This document shows, piece after piece, positions 10,688 to 20,522 of a stretch of 64,000 bases of DNA (position 1 is the first letter of the stretch; the number at the start of each line of letters is the position of its first letter). Position numbers and translations under genes: made by a program. The notes under the pieces are model-generated. The model was not told the DNA's origin and searched no databases. It saw only the letters and a program-made list of their open reading frames with translations. Location: assembly GCA_050298595.1 (NCBI GenBank), contig JBNKUM010000008.1, forward strand, positions 64,001 through 128,000, given 5' to 3'. The DNA is from Gammaproteobacteria bacterium. GTDB taxonomy: Bacteria > Pseudomonadota > Gammaproteobacteria > GCA-001735895.

Positions 10688-11083
10688 TCAGCGTTCCTGA
10701 ACCTCAACCGCGTTGCCGTCAGGGTCGCGGAAAAATATGGCTCTACGACCCGATTTACTATGCGTGTAATCAATGTAATATTTTTCCAGACGTTCGATGA
10801 GAGCATTCATATCGCTGGTAATCAAACACACATGTCGGTCTCGACCACCGTGTTCAGGGCGATCTTCTACCGGGTCGGGGTTGCTGAGTTTAAGACAATG
10901 TATCGCCTGCTGCCCCACCTTAAACCAGAGCCCTTCAAAAACCATTTCAGGTCGTGAGGTGTCTTCTTCCAGCCCCAGGACCTTGTTATAAAAGTGACGA
11001 CTTTTCTCAAGGTCAGAAATAATCACACTGTGGTGATCAATGCCGGAAAAATGCCCGCAAAAAGGTAATTCTGATGTCGCCAT
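10688..11083 (-). CDS. VOC/glyoxalase family protein
   Basis: DHHSV..SDLEKSRHFY..VLGL, HVCL, FFRDPDGNAVE. Confidence 0.9.
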   Translation of the reverse strand: MATSELPFCGHFSGIDHHSVIISDLEKSRHFYNKVLGLEEDTSRPEMVFEGLWFKVGQQAIHCLKLSNPDPVEDRPEHGGRDRHVCLITSDMNALIERLEKYYIDYTHSKSGRRAIFFRDPDGNAVEVQER

Positions 11084-11148
11084 ATGTCCTCTGTGATCAT
11101 GCTGCGCTTATCGCTATAATACCCGCCTCTATACATCATGCCCAGACT

Positions 11149-12348
11149 ATGAATCCAGATTTATTGAAGTTAAACCCCTATCCATTTGAAAAACTTGCGC
11201 AACTTAAGGGCCAGGTTATGCCTCCCGAGCATCTGGATCATATCTCCCTTTCCATCGGCGAACCCAAACATGCGGCACCTCATATCGCGGTAGAGCAACT
11301 GATCACTCACACTCACCTGTTATCCAATTACCCGACCACTCGTGGTAGTGATGCGCTGCGTGAAGCTATAGCTGGATGGTTAAATCGTCGATATCAATTG
11401 AAAACCTATATTGATAGTGCAACCCAGGTAATTCCTGTTAACGGCACACGCGAAGCCCTGTTTGCATTCGCCCAGTGCGTAGTAGACCGCTCACAACACA
11501 ACGCGCTGGTGATGATGCCTAACCCGTTTTACCAGATATACGAAGGTGCTGCACTACTGGCCGGGGCTACTCCGGTATTTATGAATTGCACCGAAGAAAA
11601 TAACTTTCTGCCTGATCTGGATGCCATTAGCGACCAGCAGTGGCAAGATTGCCAGCTAATCTATATCTGTAACCCTGGTAACCCGACTGGAGCCGTGATG
11701 CCAGTTGAGTACCTGCAGAAACTCATCAAACTGGCACATCAACATGATTTCATCATTGCCAGCGATGAATGCTATTCAGAGATCTATTTTGACGAAAATA
11801 TGGCTCCTCCAGGCCTGCTGGCAGCCGCTGCTGCCATGGGGATAGATGATTACCAGCACTGCGTGGTTTTCCATAGCCTCTCCAAACGGTCTAACCTGCC
11901 CGGTATGCGTTCAGGTTTTGTGGCTGGTGATACCAGCATTCTCAAACAGTTTTTACTCTATCGAACCTATCATGGTTGCGCGATGCCACCTATGACGCAA
12001 TCTGCCAGTATCAGTGCATGGAATGATGAACTGCATGTAATTGAAAACCGTAATCTGTATCGATTAAAATTTGACGCCGTCATCGAGTTACTTTCTGGTA
12101 AAATGCCGCTGCTTCGTCCAGATGCAGGGTTTTATCTTTGGGCCAAAACCCCTATCCCAGATACAGATTTTGCTCAACAGCTGTATGCTCAGCAAAATAT
12201 CACAGTATTACCGGGACAATACCTGTCACGCACTGTAGATGGGTTTAACCCTGGAAGCAACTATGTGCGCATGGCCCTAGTTGCCCCGCTTGACGAATGC
12301 CGCGATGCTGCAATAAGAATTGGGGAATTTTATTCAACACTCGAATAA
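11149..12348 (+). CDS. dapC: succinyldiaminopimelate transaminase
   Basis: LNPYPFEKL, LSIGEPKH, NPGNPTG, DECYSE, SLSKRSNLPGMRSG; upstream of dapD; start at MNPD. Confidence 0.93.
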   Translation: MNPDLLKLNPYPFEKLAQLKGQVMPPEHLDHISLSIGEPKHAAPHIAVEQLITHTHLLSNYPTTRGSDALREAIAGWLNRRYQLKTYIDSATQVIPVNGTREALFAFAQCVVDRSQHNALVMMPNPFYQIYEGAALLAGATPVFMNCTEENNFLPDLDAISDQQWQDCQLIYICNPGNPTGAVMPVEYLQKLIKLAHQHDFIIASDECYSEIYFDENMAPPGLLAAAAAMGIDDYQHCVVFHSLSKRSNLPGMRSGFVAGDTSILKQFLLYRTYHGCAMPPMTQSASISAWNDELHVIENRNLYRLKFDAVIELLSGKMPLLRPDAGFYLWAKTPIPDTDFAQQLYAQQNITVLPGQYLSRTVDGFNPGSNYVRMALVAPLDECRDAAIRIGEFYSTLE

Positions 12349-12461
12349 AAACCGCAGCGTACAAACTAATTGAAAGACAATGTAGATCTGGCGCTAAGCA
12401 TTAGCACCACTCACATTATTAACGTATAAATATTCGAACAACATAAACTTAGGAGACATCA

Positions 12462-13286
12462 ATGTCCGACATTCAGGCCATTATTGAACAAGCTTTTGAT
12501 CGCCGTGCTGACATAACACCACATAACGTAGAACCCCTGGTAAAAGATGCCGTCTACAAAGCCATCGATTTACTTGATACTGGCAAAGCGCGTGTAGCTG
12601 AGCCAGTTGAAGGTGGCTGGCAGGTGAATGAATGGCTGAAAAAAGCGGTATTGCTGTCATTCCGCATTGAAGATAACCAGGTTATGAAGGGTGGCTTTAA
12701 CAATTATTACGACAAGGTACAGTCCAAATTCAGCGATATGAATTCAACTGATTTCCGCGAAAGTGGTGTTCGTGTAGTGCCACCTGCAACCGCTCGTAAG
12801 GGTGCTTTTATAGCTCCTGGTGTTGTGCTAATGCCTTCCTACGTCAATATTGGGGCCTATGTGGATAGTGGTACCATGGTCGATACCTGGGCCACCGTTG
12901 GCTCCTGTGCTCAGATTGGTAAGAATGTCCATCTATCCGGTGGTGTTGGCATTGGTGGTGTGCTGGAGCCATTACAGGCATCACCTACCATCATCGAAGA
13001 TAACTGCTTCATCGGTGCTCGTTCTGAAGTAGTAGAAGGTGTTATTGTGGAGAAAAACTCTGTCATCTCCATGGGTGTATATATTGGCCAGAGCACCAAG
13101 ATCTATAATCGTGAGACTGATGAAGTCACCTATGGTCGTATTCCTGCTGGTTCGGTTGTGGTTTCAGGCAACCTGCCTTCGGACAATAGGAAGTACAGCC
13201 TTTACTGTGCAGTCATCGTGAAACAGGTTGATGAAAAGACCCGTTCTAAAGTGGGCATCAACGAACTGCTTCGAGACATCAAATAA
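12462..13286 (+). CDS. dapD: tetrahydrodipicolinate N-succinyltransferase
   Basis: [34 protein letters not shown]. Confidence 0.98.
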   Translation: MSDIQAIIEQAFDRRADITPHNVEPLVKDAVYKAIDLLDTGKARVAEPVEGGWQVNEWLKKAVLLSFRIEDNQVMKGGFNNYYDKVQSKFSDMNSTDFRESGVRVVPPATARKGAFIAPGVVLMPSYVNIGAYVDSGTMVDTWATVGSCAQIGKNVHLSGGVGIGGVLEPLQASPTIIEDNCFIGARSEVVEGVIVEKNSVISMGVYIGQSTKIYNRETDEVTYGRIPAGSVVVSGNLPSDNRKYSLYCAVIVKQVDEKTRSKVGINELLRDIK

Positions 13287-13648
13287 TGTCGCAAAAGATG
13301 CCCATAATGTATGGCATCGCCAACTGTGACACGATCAAGAAAGCCCGTCATTGGATGTCTCAAAACGAAATTGATTACCAGTTTCACGACTATAAAAAGC
13401 TGGGTACCGATGAGGATCAGCTCAAAAGCTGGATCGCTGAATTCGGCTGGGAAAAGATAATCAATAAGCGCGGCACCAGTTGGCGCAAACTGGATGAGTC
13501 TATGCGTAACAGCATGGACGATTCCAGTGCTTTGGCCGTGATGCAGGAAAACCCATCGATCATCAAACGGCCTTTACTTGAAACAGGCCAGTGTCGCATT
13601 CTGGGTTTTAACGAAGCTGAATATGCAAAGGTTTTACTCTCATCATGA
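13286..13648 (+). CDS. yffB: ArsC/Spx family reductase (YffB-like)
   Basis: [28 protein letters not shown]; adjacent to dapE. Confidence 0.85.
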   Translation: MSQKMPIMYGIANCDTIKKARHWMSQNEIDYQFHDYKKLGTDEDQLKSWIAEFGWEKIINKRGTSWRKLDESMRNSMDDSSALAVMQENPSIIKRPLLETGQCRILGFNEAEYAKVLLSS

Positions 13649-14775
13649 CCTCTAATACTGTTGAGCTAGCGATACAGCTACTGTCGATTGATTCGGTAAC
13701 CCCTGACGATAAAGGCTGCCAGCAGATACTCAGTGATCGACTGGAAAAAATTGGTTTTAACTGTGAAATCATGCAGTTTGGTGAAGTAACTAACCTTTGG
13801 GCTCGCCGTGGTCAAAAGGGGCCCGTTCTGGCCTTTGCAGGACATACCGATGTAGTGCCGACCGGCCCTCTTGATAAATGGCATAGTGACCCGTTTAACC
13901 CTGAAATCAGGGATGGTTATTTATATGCTCGGGGTGCAGCTGATATGAAATCGAGTATCGCCTGTATGATTACCGCCTGTGAACGATTTATTGCGGAACA
14001 CCCTGAGCATGATGGCTCCATCGCTTTTTTGATCACCAGTGATGAAGAAGGCCCCGCTATCGATGGTACGGTTAAGGTAATTCAAACCCTGGAAGATAGA
14101 AATGAAAAAATCGACTGGGCATTGGTGGGAGAGCCATCAAGCCTTGAGCACGTGGGGGATGTAGTCAAAAATGGACGTCGCGGCTCTCTGGGGGCCCAGT
14201 TAATCGTTAAGGGTATACAGGGGCATGTGGCTTACCCTCATCTGGCAAAAAACCCTATTCACCTGGTCAGCCCAGCACTGGCCGAACTGACATCGATTGA
14301 ATGGGACCAGGGTAATGAATTCTTCCCCGCCACCAGCTTACAGATATCTAATATTCACTCTGGCACGGGAGCGACCAATGTTATTCCTGGTGAAGTGGTG
14401 ATAGACTTCAATCTTCGTTTTTCAACCTGCCTGACTCCAGAACAAATCCAGCATCAGGTCATTACCATACTTGATCGCCACCAGCTTGATTATCAAATCG
14501 AATGGAATCTTTCAGGCCTGCCATTTTTGACCGCAGAGGGTGCACTGGTCGAAGCCGCAAAGAAAGCCATTTTAGAATCTACCGGTCTGAATACAGAACT
14601 ATCCACCGCTGGCGGGACTTCAGATGGCCGTTTCATTGCACCAACAGGCGCTCAGGTACTGGAACTGGGGCCGGTGAATGAAAGTATTCACAAGATAAAT
14701 GAAAACGTTAAGGTAGATGACATAAACACGCTCAGTGAGATATATCAGAAAATGCTAGAGAATTTATTACAATAA
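13645..14775 (+). CDS. dapE: succinyl-diaminopimelate desuccinylase
   Basis: [40 protein letters not shown]. Confidence 0.98.
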   Translation: MTSNTVELAIQLLSIDSVTPDDKGCQQILSDRLEKIGFNCEIMQFGEVTNLWARRGQKGPVLAFAGHTDVVPTGPLDKWHSDPFNPEIRDGYLYARGAADMKSSIACMITACERFIAEHPEHDGSIAFLITSDEEGPAIDGTVKVIQTLEDRNEKIDWALVGEPSSLEHVGDVVKNGRRGSLGAQLIVKGIQGHVAYPHLAKNPIHLVSPALAELTSIEWDQGNEFFPATSLQISNIHSGTGATNVIPGEVVIDFNLRFSTCLTPEQIQHQVITILDRHQLDYQIEWNLSGLPFLTAEGALVEAAKKAILESTGLNTELSTAGGTSDGRFIAPTGAQVLELGPVNESIHKINENVKVDDINTLSEIYQKMLENLLQ

Positions 14776-14824
14776 ATTGGATGGTAACAAAACCGTAAAT
14801 CGAATATAGGTTGAGATCCCGTAA

Positions 14825-17341
14825 ATGAGACTATTGAAATATCTACCTGGACTCGACTCCTATCGCGGAAGATATCTCTACCTAAGTGCTCTGGCGTTTA
14901 TTATTTTCTGTTCATTTTCTGTGATCAACTGGAATTATATTAATCAATCCAGCCAGCTCACTCGACAGAACATCATAAAACGCAATATAAACACCCAAGC
15001 CCTGAATGAAATCACCAATCAATATCAGCTGATCAGAATTCAGATTTATCAATTCAGTTTAAACCCTGAACAGCTTAATCCAGTAACCATAAATGAGTCG
15101 ACCTCCCGATTAATTGAACTAACCTCGAATATCGATATCATGCTTTATGATGATATTGACGCTGAAGTTTTGAATGATTTCATTTTCCAGATTCCAGCTG
15201 ATTTACATACTTCAGTGCTGAATTTTTTGAAAATGAGAACTAATCCTGCTTTATGGATACCCGCAATACGAGTGATGACTGAGGAGTTATTGCCCGTCAA
15301 TACAAACATCATGCTCTTATTAGACGAGATGATTGAAAATTCAACAATAGATGATGAAAAATCACAGATACTAAAAATAAAATTACTTGAATTAAGGAAC
15401 AGTTGGCTGTCTAGCGTATCTGAATTTCGACTTCTTGCCGCTAATCGCATGGGCATCTATGATACCAGTCAAAACGGTATAAGTAGCAGAGTCACCAACA
15501 TCGATTTATATCTAAGCATTTCCACGAAAAAGCTCACAGAAATAGATCAACTATTGCTTAGACAAGATTCTAACTTTTTCAGAACAGGTTCATTTGATGA
15601 ATTAAAACAGAATATTCACAAGTGGATCGATATTCACGAAAAGGCTAAAAGTCTTTTGCTAGATAAAAACTGGCGTAGCGATATTCCAGTCCTGAAAAAA
15701 ATCGATTCACTACTAGATCAATTTCACGAAACTCTGGTCGCTCTGGGTATTGAACAACAAAAGAGGGCATCTCTAGACATTCAAAGTCTCAACGAAAACA
15801 ATCGGGCTTATTCACTTTTTTTTCTGATATTAGGCATCATGCTATTTATTGTTTTAATCATCATTTATTTTTATATGGATCGTAATGTATTAAAACCAAT
15901 TTCCCAGACTACAAGAGCTTTATTACACCAGGCCAAAGGCCTTTCACAGGAACTGCAATTAAAATTCCACACTTCTGAAACTCATGATTTGGTAGATGCC
16001 TTTAACCTGATGAGAGAACAAATTAATCAGCGTGAAAACCGTCTTGATTTTATAGCTCATCACGACAACCTGACCCACCTGCCCAACCGATTGATGTTTA
16101 ACGAGAGACTTGAACATGCCATAAAGCTCACGCAACGCGGTGAAAAACAGCTAGCTTTAATGTTACTCGATCTGGATCGATTTAAACTGGTGAATGATAC
16201 ACTGGGACATTTATTCGGCGATAAACTACTTCAGCAAACTGCACAACGACTACAGGAATGCATACGCTCTGAAGACACTATCGCGCGCCTGGGAGGAGAT
16301 GAATTTGCCATCATTCTGGAAAACGTTAATTCACAGGATGAGATCGACGCCTTTGCCAGAAAGATCATCAAACTATTTGAAGCACCTTTCTACATTGATG
16401 GACAGGAACTTCATATCTCAACCTCGATTGGCATTGCTTTATCTCCATTAAATAGCAGCGATATGAACACACTAACTCGATTCTCTGATATCGCCATGTA
16501 CGAATCCAAAACCAGAGGTCGAAATCAATACACTTATTTCAGCGATGACCTGGAAGACTCCGATGAATCGATAATAAATTTTGAAAACATGCTGCGTGAC
16601 GCCTTTAAGCAAGACCAGTTCGAACTATACTACCAATCGATTATTGATATCACAAATGAGAAACAGTTAATCTGTGAAGCCTTACTACGCTGGAATCACC
16701 CTGCTCGCGGTCTACTGATGCCAATTGATTTCATACCTGTACTAGATAATTCAGAACTCTTGTTTGAACTCACCTGTTATGTGATTAATCATGCTCAGAA
16801 CTTTCAGTCAAAAGTAATGGAGGAATTGGGTTTAGTACCTAATATTTCAATCAATTTATCCGCCAGCATTTTTCAACTGAAATATTACCGCAATAAACTC
16901 GAACAGATTTTTCTGAATAAAGTAAAGCGCCCTGAAAATTTTATATTAGAAGTAACAGAAAGCACTCTGATAACGGATATGGTTCATAGTGCACAGGTAT
17001 TGAAAAATCTGCATAACAAAGGATTCCGAATCGCCCTGGATGATTTTTGTAGCGGTCAATCGTCTTTGTCACTACTACGAGCATTTCCTATTGATACTAT
17101 CAAGATTGATCGTGAATTTATTCGTGATGTGATACGTGATCATGACGATGCGAACCTGGTCAGTGCTATTATTAGCCTTAGTCATAATATGGACATCTCT
17201 GTAATTGCCGAAGGCGTAGAAAACCAGCAGCAGTTTGACTTTTTAAGCGACAAAGGTTGCCATCTGTTTCAGGGGTACTATTTCTCAAGGCCTATAAGTG
17301 CAGATGAATATCTAAAAGTGCTGAAAAACCTTCCCGTTTAA
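14825..17341 (+). CDS. membrane-bound diguanylate cyclase/phosphodiesterase (TM-periplasmic-TM-HAMP-GGDEF-EAL)
   Basis: HDNLTHLPNR, DLDRFK, RSED I-site, RLGGDEF, EALLRW, IAEGVE. Confidence 0.93.
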   Translation: MRLLKYLPGLDSYRGRYLYLSALAFIIFCSFSVINWNYINQSSQLTRQNIIKRNINTQALNEITNQYQLIRIQIYQFSLNPEQLNPVTINESTSRLIELTSNIDIMLYDDIDAEVLNDFIFQIPADLHTSVLNFLKMRTNPALWIPAIRVMTEELLPVNTNIMLLLDEMIENSTIDDEKSQILKIKLLELRNSWLSSVSEFRLLAANRMGIYDTSQNGISSRVTNIDLYLSISTKKLTEIDQLLLRQDSNFFRTGSFDELKQNIHKWIDIHEKAKSLLLDKNWRSDIPVLKKIDSLLDQFHETLVALGIEQQKRASLDIQSLNENNRAYSLFFLILGIMLFIVLIIIYFYMDRNVLKPISQTTRALLHQAKGLSQELQLKFHTSETHDLVDAFNLMREQINQRENRLDFIAHHDNLTHLPNRLMFNERLEHAIKLTQRGEKQLALMLLDLDRFKLVNDTLGHLFGDKLLQQTAQRLQECIRSEDTIARLGGDEFAIILENVNSQDEIDAFARKIIKLFEAPFYIDGQELHISTSIGIALSPLNSSDMNTLTRFSDIAMYESKTRGRNQYTYFSDDLEDSDESIINFENMLRDAFKQDQFELYYQSIIDITNEKQLICEALLRWNHPARGLLMPIDFIPVLDNSELLFELTCYVINHAQNFQSKVMEELGLVPNISINLSASIFQLKYYRNKLEQIFLNKVKRPENFILEVTESTLITDMVHSAQVLKNLHNKGFRIALDDFCSGQSSLSLLRAFPIDTIKIDREFIRDVIRDHDDANLVSAIISLSHNMDISVIAEGVENQQQFDFLSDKGCHLFQGYYFSRPISADEYLKVLKNLPV

Positions 17342-17358
17342 GTCTGATATTTTACACA

Positions 17359-18255
17359 ATGATTATTGGTAGATTTGCTCCCACTCCATCTGGTCCACTG
17401 CATCAGGGCTCATTGGTAACAGCAGTGGCAAGTTATTGCGCAGCAAAATCTCAACAGGGTAAATGGCTAGTTCGCGTGGAAGATCTGGATACGCCACGTG
17501 TGATTAAGGGATCTGCAGATAACATACTTTTTACTCTGGAAGCATTTGGTTTTGAATGGGATGGTGAGGTTTTATATCAAAGTCAGCGCTTTCCGGTATA
17601 TCAGGAAATAGTACAGCAATGGACTGATGACAAACTCATTTACGCCTGTAGCTGCAGCCGTAAATCCCTGATGAATGAGAATTTGCGCTATGGCCCTTCA
17701 GGCATAATTTATCCTGGCCGCTGTCGAGATAAAAAACTGGATATCAACAAAAACCTTAGCCTGCGACTGAATTTACAACAGGCTGGAGAGCTATACTTTA
17801 ACGACAACCACTACGGTACTTTTAAACTTAACCTCAGCGAACAGATGGGTGATATCGTGATTAAACGCGCTGATGGGATTTATGCTTATCACCTTGCTGT
17901 GGTAGTAGATGATGCTTTTCAGCGGGTCAACCAGATTGTACGTGGCGCAGATCTGCTGGAAGTGACAACATTGCACCTGCACCTGAATCGGTTACTTAAC
18001 TATCGCAATGCAAGTTATCTACACCTGCCACTTATAAAAACTGTCCATGGAAAAAAATTAAGCAAACAAACTGGTGCCAGGGGTATAGATCCTGCAAAGG
18101 CCGGCGATCATTTAATTGCTGCACTGAGGTTTCTGGGTCAGCCTGTACCGGATGATATAATTAATGAAAGCCCAGAAAATATTCTGGGCTATGCTGTTGA
18201 GGTATGGGATGCATCACTGATCCCACACGATAAAGTAACTACTTTATCTTATTGA
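17359..18255 (+). CDS. gluQ: glutamyl-Q tRNA(Asp) synthetase
   Basis: GRFAPTPSGPLH, RVEDLD, CxC..YPGRC, KLSKQ; about 300 aa with no anticodon-binding domain. Confidence 0.93.
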   Translation: MIIGRFAPTPSGPLHQGSLVTAVASYCAAKSQQGKWLVRVEDLDTPRVIKGSADNILFTLEAFGFEWDGEVLYQSQRFPVYQEIVQQWTDDKLIYACSCSRKSLMNENLRYGPSGIIYPGRCRDKKLDINKNLSLRLNLQQAGELYFNDNHYGTFKLNLSEQMGDIVIKRADGIYAYHLAVVVDDAFQRVNQIVRGADLLEVTTLHLHLNRLLNYRNASYLHLPLIKTVHGKKLSKQTGARGIDPAKAGDHLIAALRFLGQPVPDDIINESPENILGYAVEVWDASLIPHDKVTTLSY

Positions 18256-19531
18256 TATTCAACTCGAGCACACCATTGAATCCCTTGTGTTTCATGGCAG
18301 TGGTTTCGAAATACAAATCTCCAGCCTGTGCAACAGGATTCCCGGAACGCGAGATACGCGCACCAATTACGACATCATCAAAGCTTGATAGCTTCATCTG
18401 AGGCATCATGGCATCCGCATCGCTCAAAGTCAGTTTTACCGGCAAATCGGAAACCTTTAAACGTTTTGCCGCCAATGGCATTGGTGGCCCGGAAGCTGCC
18501 TTTGCATAAATAAAGAGCAGGTCATTTGCCGATACTTTACTGGAAAATTGCGGGTCAAGAGTCACACTGACGGATACCCCCTTACCAGCAACTGCAGCTG
18601 AGTTAACAGGCGCAGTCATTGGTGGTGCAGCAGCCTGAGCAGGAAAATCAAGCTCAGGTAGTTCAGGATGTTTCTGTTTCAGCTCAGTCAACAACGTTTT
18701 CACTTCTGATTTAGATTGTGGATCTCCATCCAGTAATGGCAATAAACTCATCCAGTAATCAAAAGCCTCCCGGTTACGACCACCCTGCTCTGCTGCTAAT
18801 CCAGCCAGCCACAATGCAGTAGGATTCTCTGGCACCAGTTTTAAAGCCAGTTTAACCAGATGTTCAGCTTCACCGGCCATACTGCCATTTTGCGTCATTG
18901 CCAGTCCATCAGCTAATGCCAGCAACACGGCAGGTTCCTCTGGACTCAAGTCGTAACTACGTTGTAGCGCTGCAACTGCTTCGGGATACTGTTGCAGAGA
19001 AAGGTAGGTGCGTCCCAACATAAACCAGCCGCGAGCGTCATCTGGGTTTTCGCGCAAGTGATCTTTAACCTTTTGCACCAGTTCAGCCATGGAAGGAGCT
19101 TTTTTACCACTCTGACCATGTGCTGCGGTCTGAGCATCTGTTTTAGTTCTAGCTTGAGCTAACGAAGGATTCTCTATAACCCTGTATTCACCAAGTTGCC
19201 AATACATATAAACACTTAAAACAGGAATAAGAGCCGCAAAAAACCATATTGCCCATTTACCCGCATTCTGGTTGCTCTGCAATGATTGCTGACGCTCTAA
19301 ATCTATAGCTAAAGAGACTTCAAGATCAGTCATAGCCGCATCAAATTCCTGCTGAGACATTTGATCATTGGCCAGTTGCTGCTGCAGGATTGCTTTTTTA
19401 TCACGCGCAATGACAATGTTTTGCTCATCGCGCCCAAGTGAATCCTGAGTAGAAGGCTGACGCAACACGGGTATGATGACAAATACCAGTGAAACGAGTA
19501 TCAGGATGACGATTAAAGCACCAAAAATCAT
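18239..19531 (-). CDS. ccmI: cytochrome c biogenesis TPR protein
   Basis: Two TMs, TPR (NPDDARGWFMLGR), C-terminal PMPLAAKRL domain; last gene of the ccm operon. Confidence 0.92.
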   Translation of the reverse strand: MIFGALIVILILVSLVFVIIPVLRQPSTQDSLGRDEQNIVIARDKKAILQQQLANDQMSQQEFDAAMTDLEVSLAIDLERQQSLQSNQNAGKWAIWFFAALIPVLSVYMYWQLGEYRVIENPSLAQARTKTDAQTAAHGQSGKKAPSMAELVQKVKDHLRENPDDARGWFMLGRTYLSLQQYPEAVAALQRSYDLSPEEPAVLLALADGLAMTQNGSMAGEAEHLVKLALKLVPENPTALWLAGLAAEQGGRNREAFDYWMSLLPLLDGDPQSKSEVKTLLTELKQKHPELPELDFPAQAAAPPMTAPVNSAAVAGKGVSVSVTLDPQFSSKVSANDLLFIYAKAASGPPMPLAAKRLKVSDLPVKLTLSDADAMMPQMKLSSFDDVVIGARISRSGNPVAQAGDLYFETTAMKHKGFNGVLELNINKIK

Positions 19532-20001
19532 TTGCTTTCCTCTTTGTGATTATCAGTTTTTTCGGAAAGAAGGTTCCTGGCCTGATCTATTGCATCTGCT
19601 TCCGGAGCCTCAATAGGCTCCCTCCTGCTGATACGAAAAATTACAATAATTAATACCAGTAATAGCAATAGGAACGGTCCGCCCCACAGTAGCAACGTAT
19701 TTGATTTTAACGGAGGGTTATACAGTACAAAATCGCCATAACGGTTCACCATATATTCAATAATCTGTTCCTTGGTCTTACCCTGCAACAACATTTCATA
19801 GGTTTGCTTACGCAGGTCCTTAGCCAGATCAGCATCTGAAGCCGCCAGATTCTGATTCTGGCAAACCAGACAACGTAATTCCTCGATCAGGTTTTTGTAG
19901 GTCGCTTCGGTAGCCTGATCTTTGAAGTCTATGGCTTCAATTGCAGCGTGCGCAGGAGACAGGAATAACCACAGAGTGGATAAAACAATTAGTATTTTCA
20001 T
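19528..20001 (-). CDS. ccmH: cytochrome c biogenesis protein
   Basis: LRCLVCQNQ, RYGDFVLY. Confidence 0.96.
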   Translation of the reverse strand: MKILIVLSTLWLFLSPAHAAIEAIDFKDQATEATYKNLIEELRCLVCQNQNLAASDADLAKDLRKQTYEMLLQGKTKEQIIEYMVNRYGDFVLYNPPLKSNTLLLWGGPFLLLLLVLIIVIFRISRREPIEAPEADAIDQARNLLSEKTDNHKEESK

Positions 20002-20003
20002 AA

Positions 20004-20522
20004 TTATAACAGGGCTTTGAGGCGCGGAATAATTTCATCCTGCAGTGATTGAGCGGTAACAGGGCCTATATGTTTATACTTGATCAACCCATCTTTACCG
20101 ATAATGAAGGTTTCTGGTACACCGTACACACCCCAGTCTATGCCTACTCGCCCATCCAGATCGACCACGCTGAAGATATAAGGGTTGCCAAACTGTTGCA
20201 ACCAACGAGTCCCATCGGCAACCTCATCTTTATAATTCAACCCGACTATATCGACCATCTGCATTTTTGCGAGTCTTTTAATAATTTCATGCTCGGCACG
20301 GCAAGAGACACACCAGGATGCCCATACACTCAATACCCATACCTTACCTTCCATATCCTTAGGTGAAAATTTTTCTGCCTGATTCGATAGCTTTGGCAAT
20401 GTGAAGGCAGGAGCTTCCTTATCGATCAATGGTGAAGGGACTCTCTTTGGATCTTGCGTCAGTCCGAACGCTAGCAGAACAACCAGTATTACAAAAATCC
20501 CCAGTGGTAGCAAAAATCGCAT
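20004..20522 (-). CDS. ccmG: thiol:disulfide interchange protein DsbE
   Basis: WASWCVSC, GVYGVPETF. Confidence 0.96.
   Translation of the reverse strand: MRFLLPLGIFVILVVLLAFGLTQDPKRVPSPLIDKEAPAFTLPKLSNQAEKFSPKDMEGKVWVLSVWASWCVSCRAEHEIIKRLAKMQMVDIVGLNYKDEVADGTRWLQQFGNPYIFSVVDLDGRVGIDWGVYGVPETFIIGKDGLIKYKHIGPVTAQSLQDEIIPRLKALL

Noticed and set aside
10290-10957. Plus-strand ORFs of 84 and 139 aa
   Set aside because: They run through repeat DNA and antisense to the VOC gene
18239-18255. Convergent 3' overlaps (gluQ/ccmI; also 39415-39446)
   Set aside because: Short tail-to-tail overlaps are common; no sign of a frameshift
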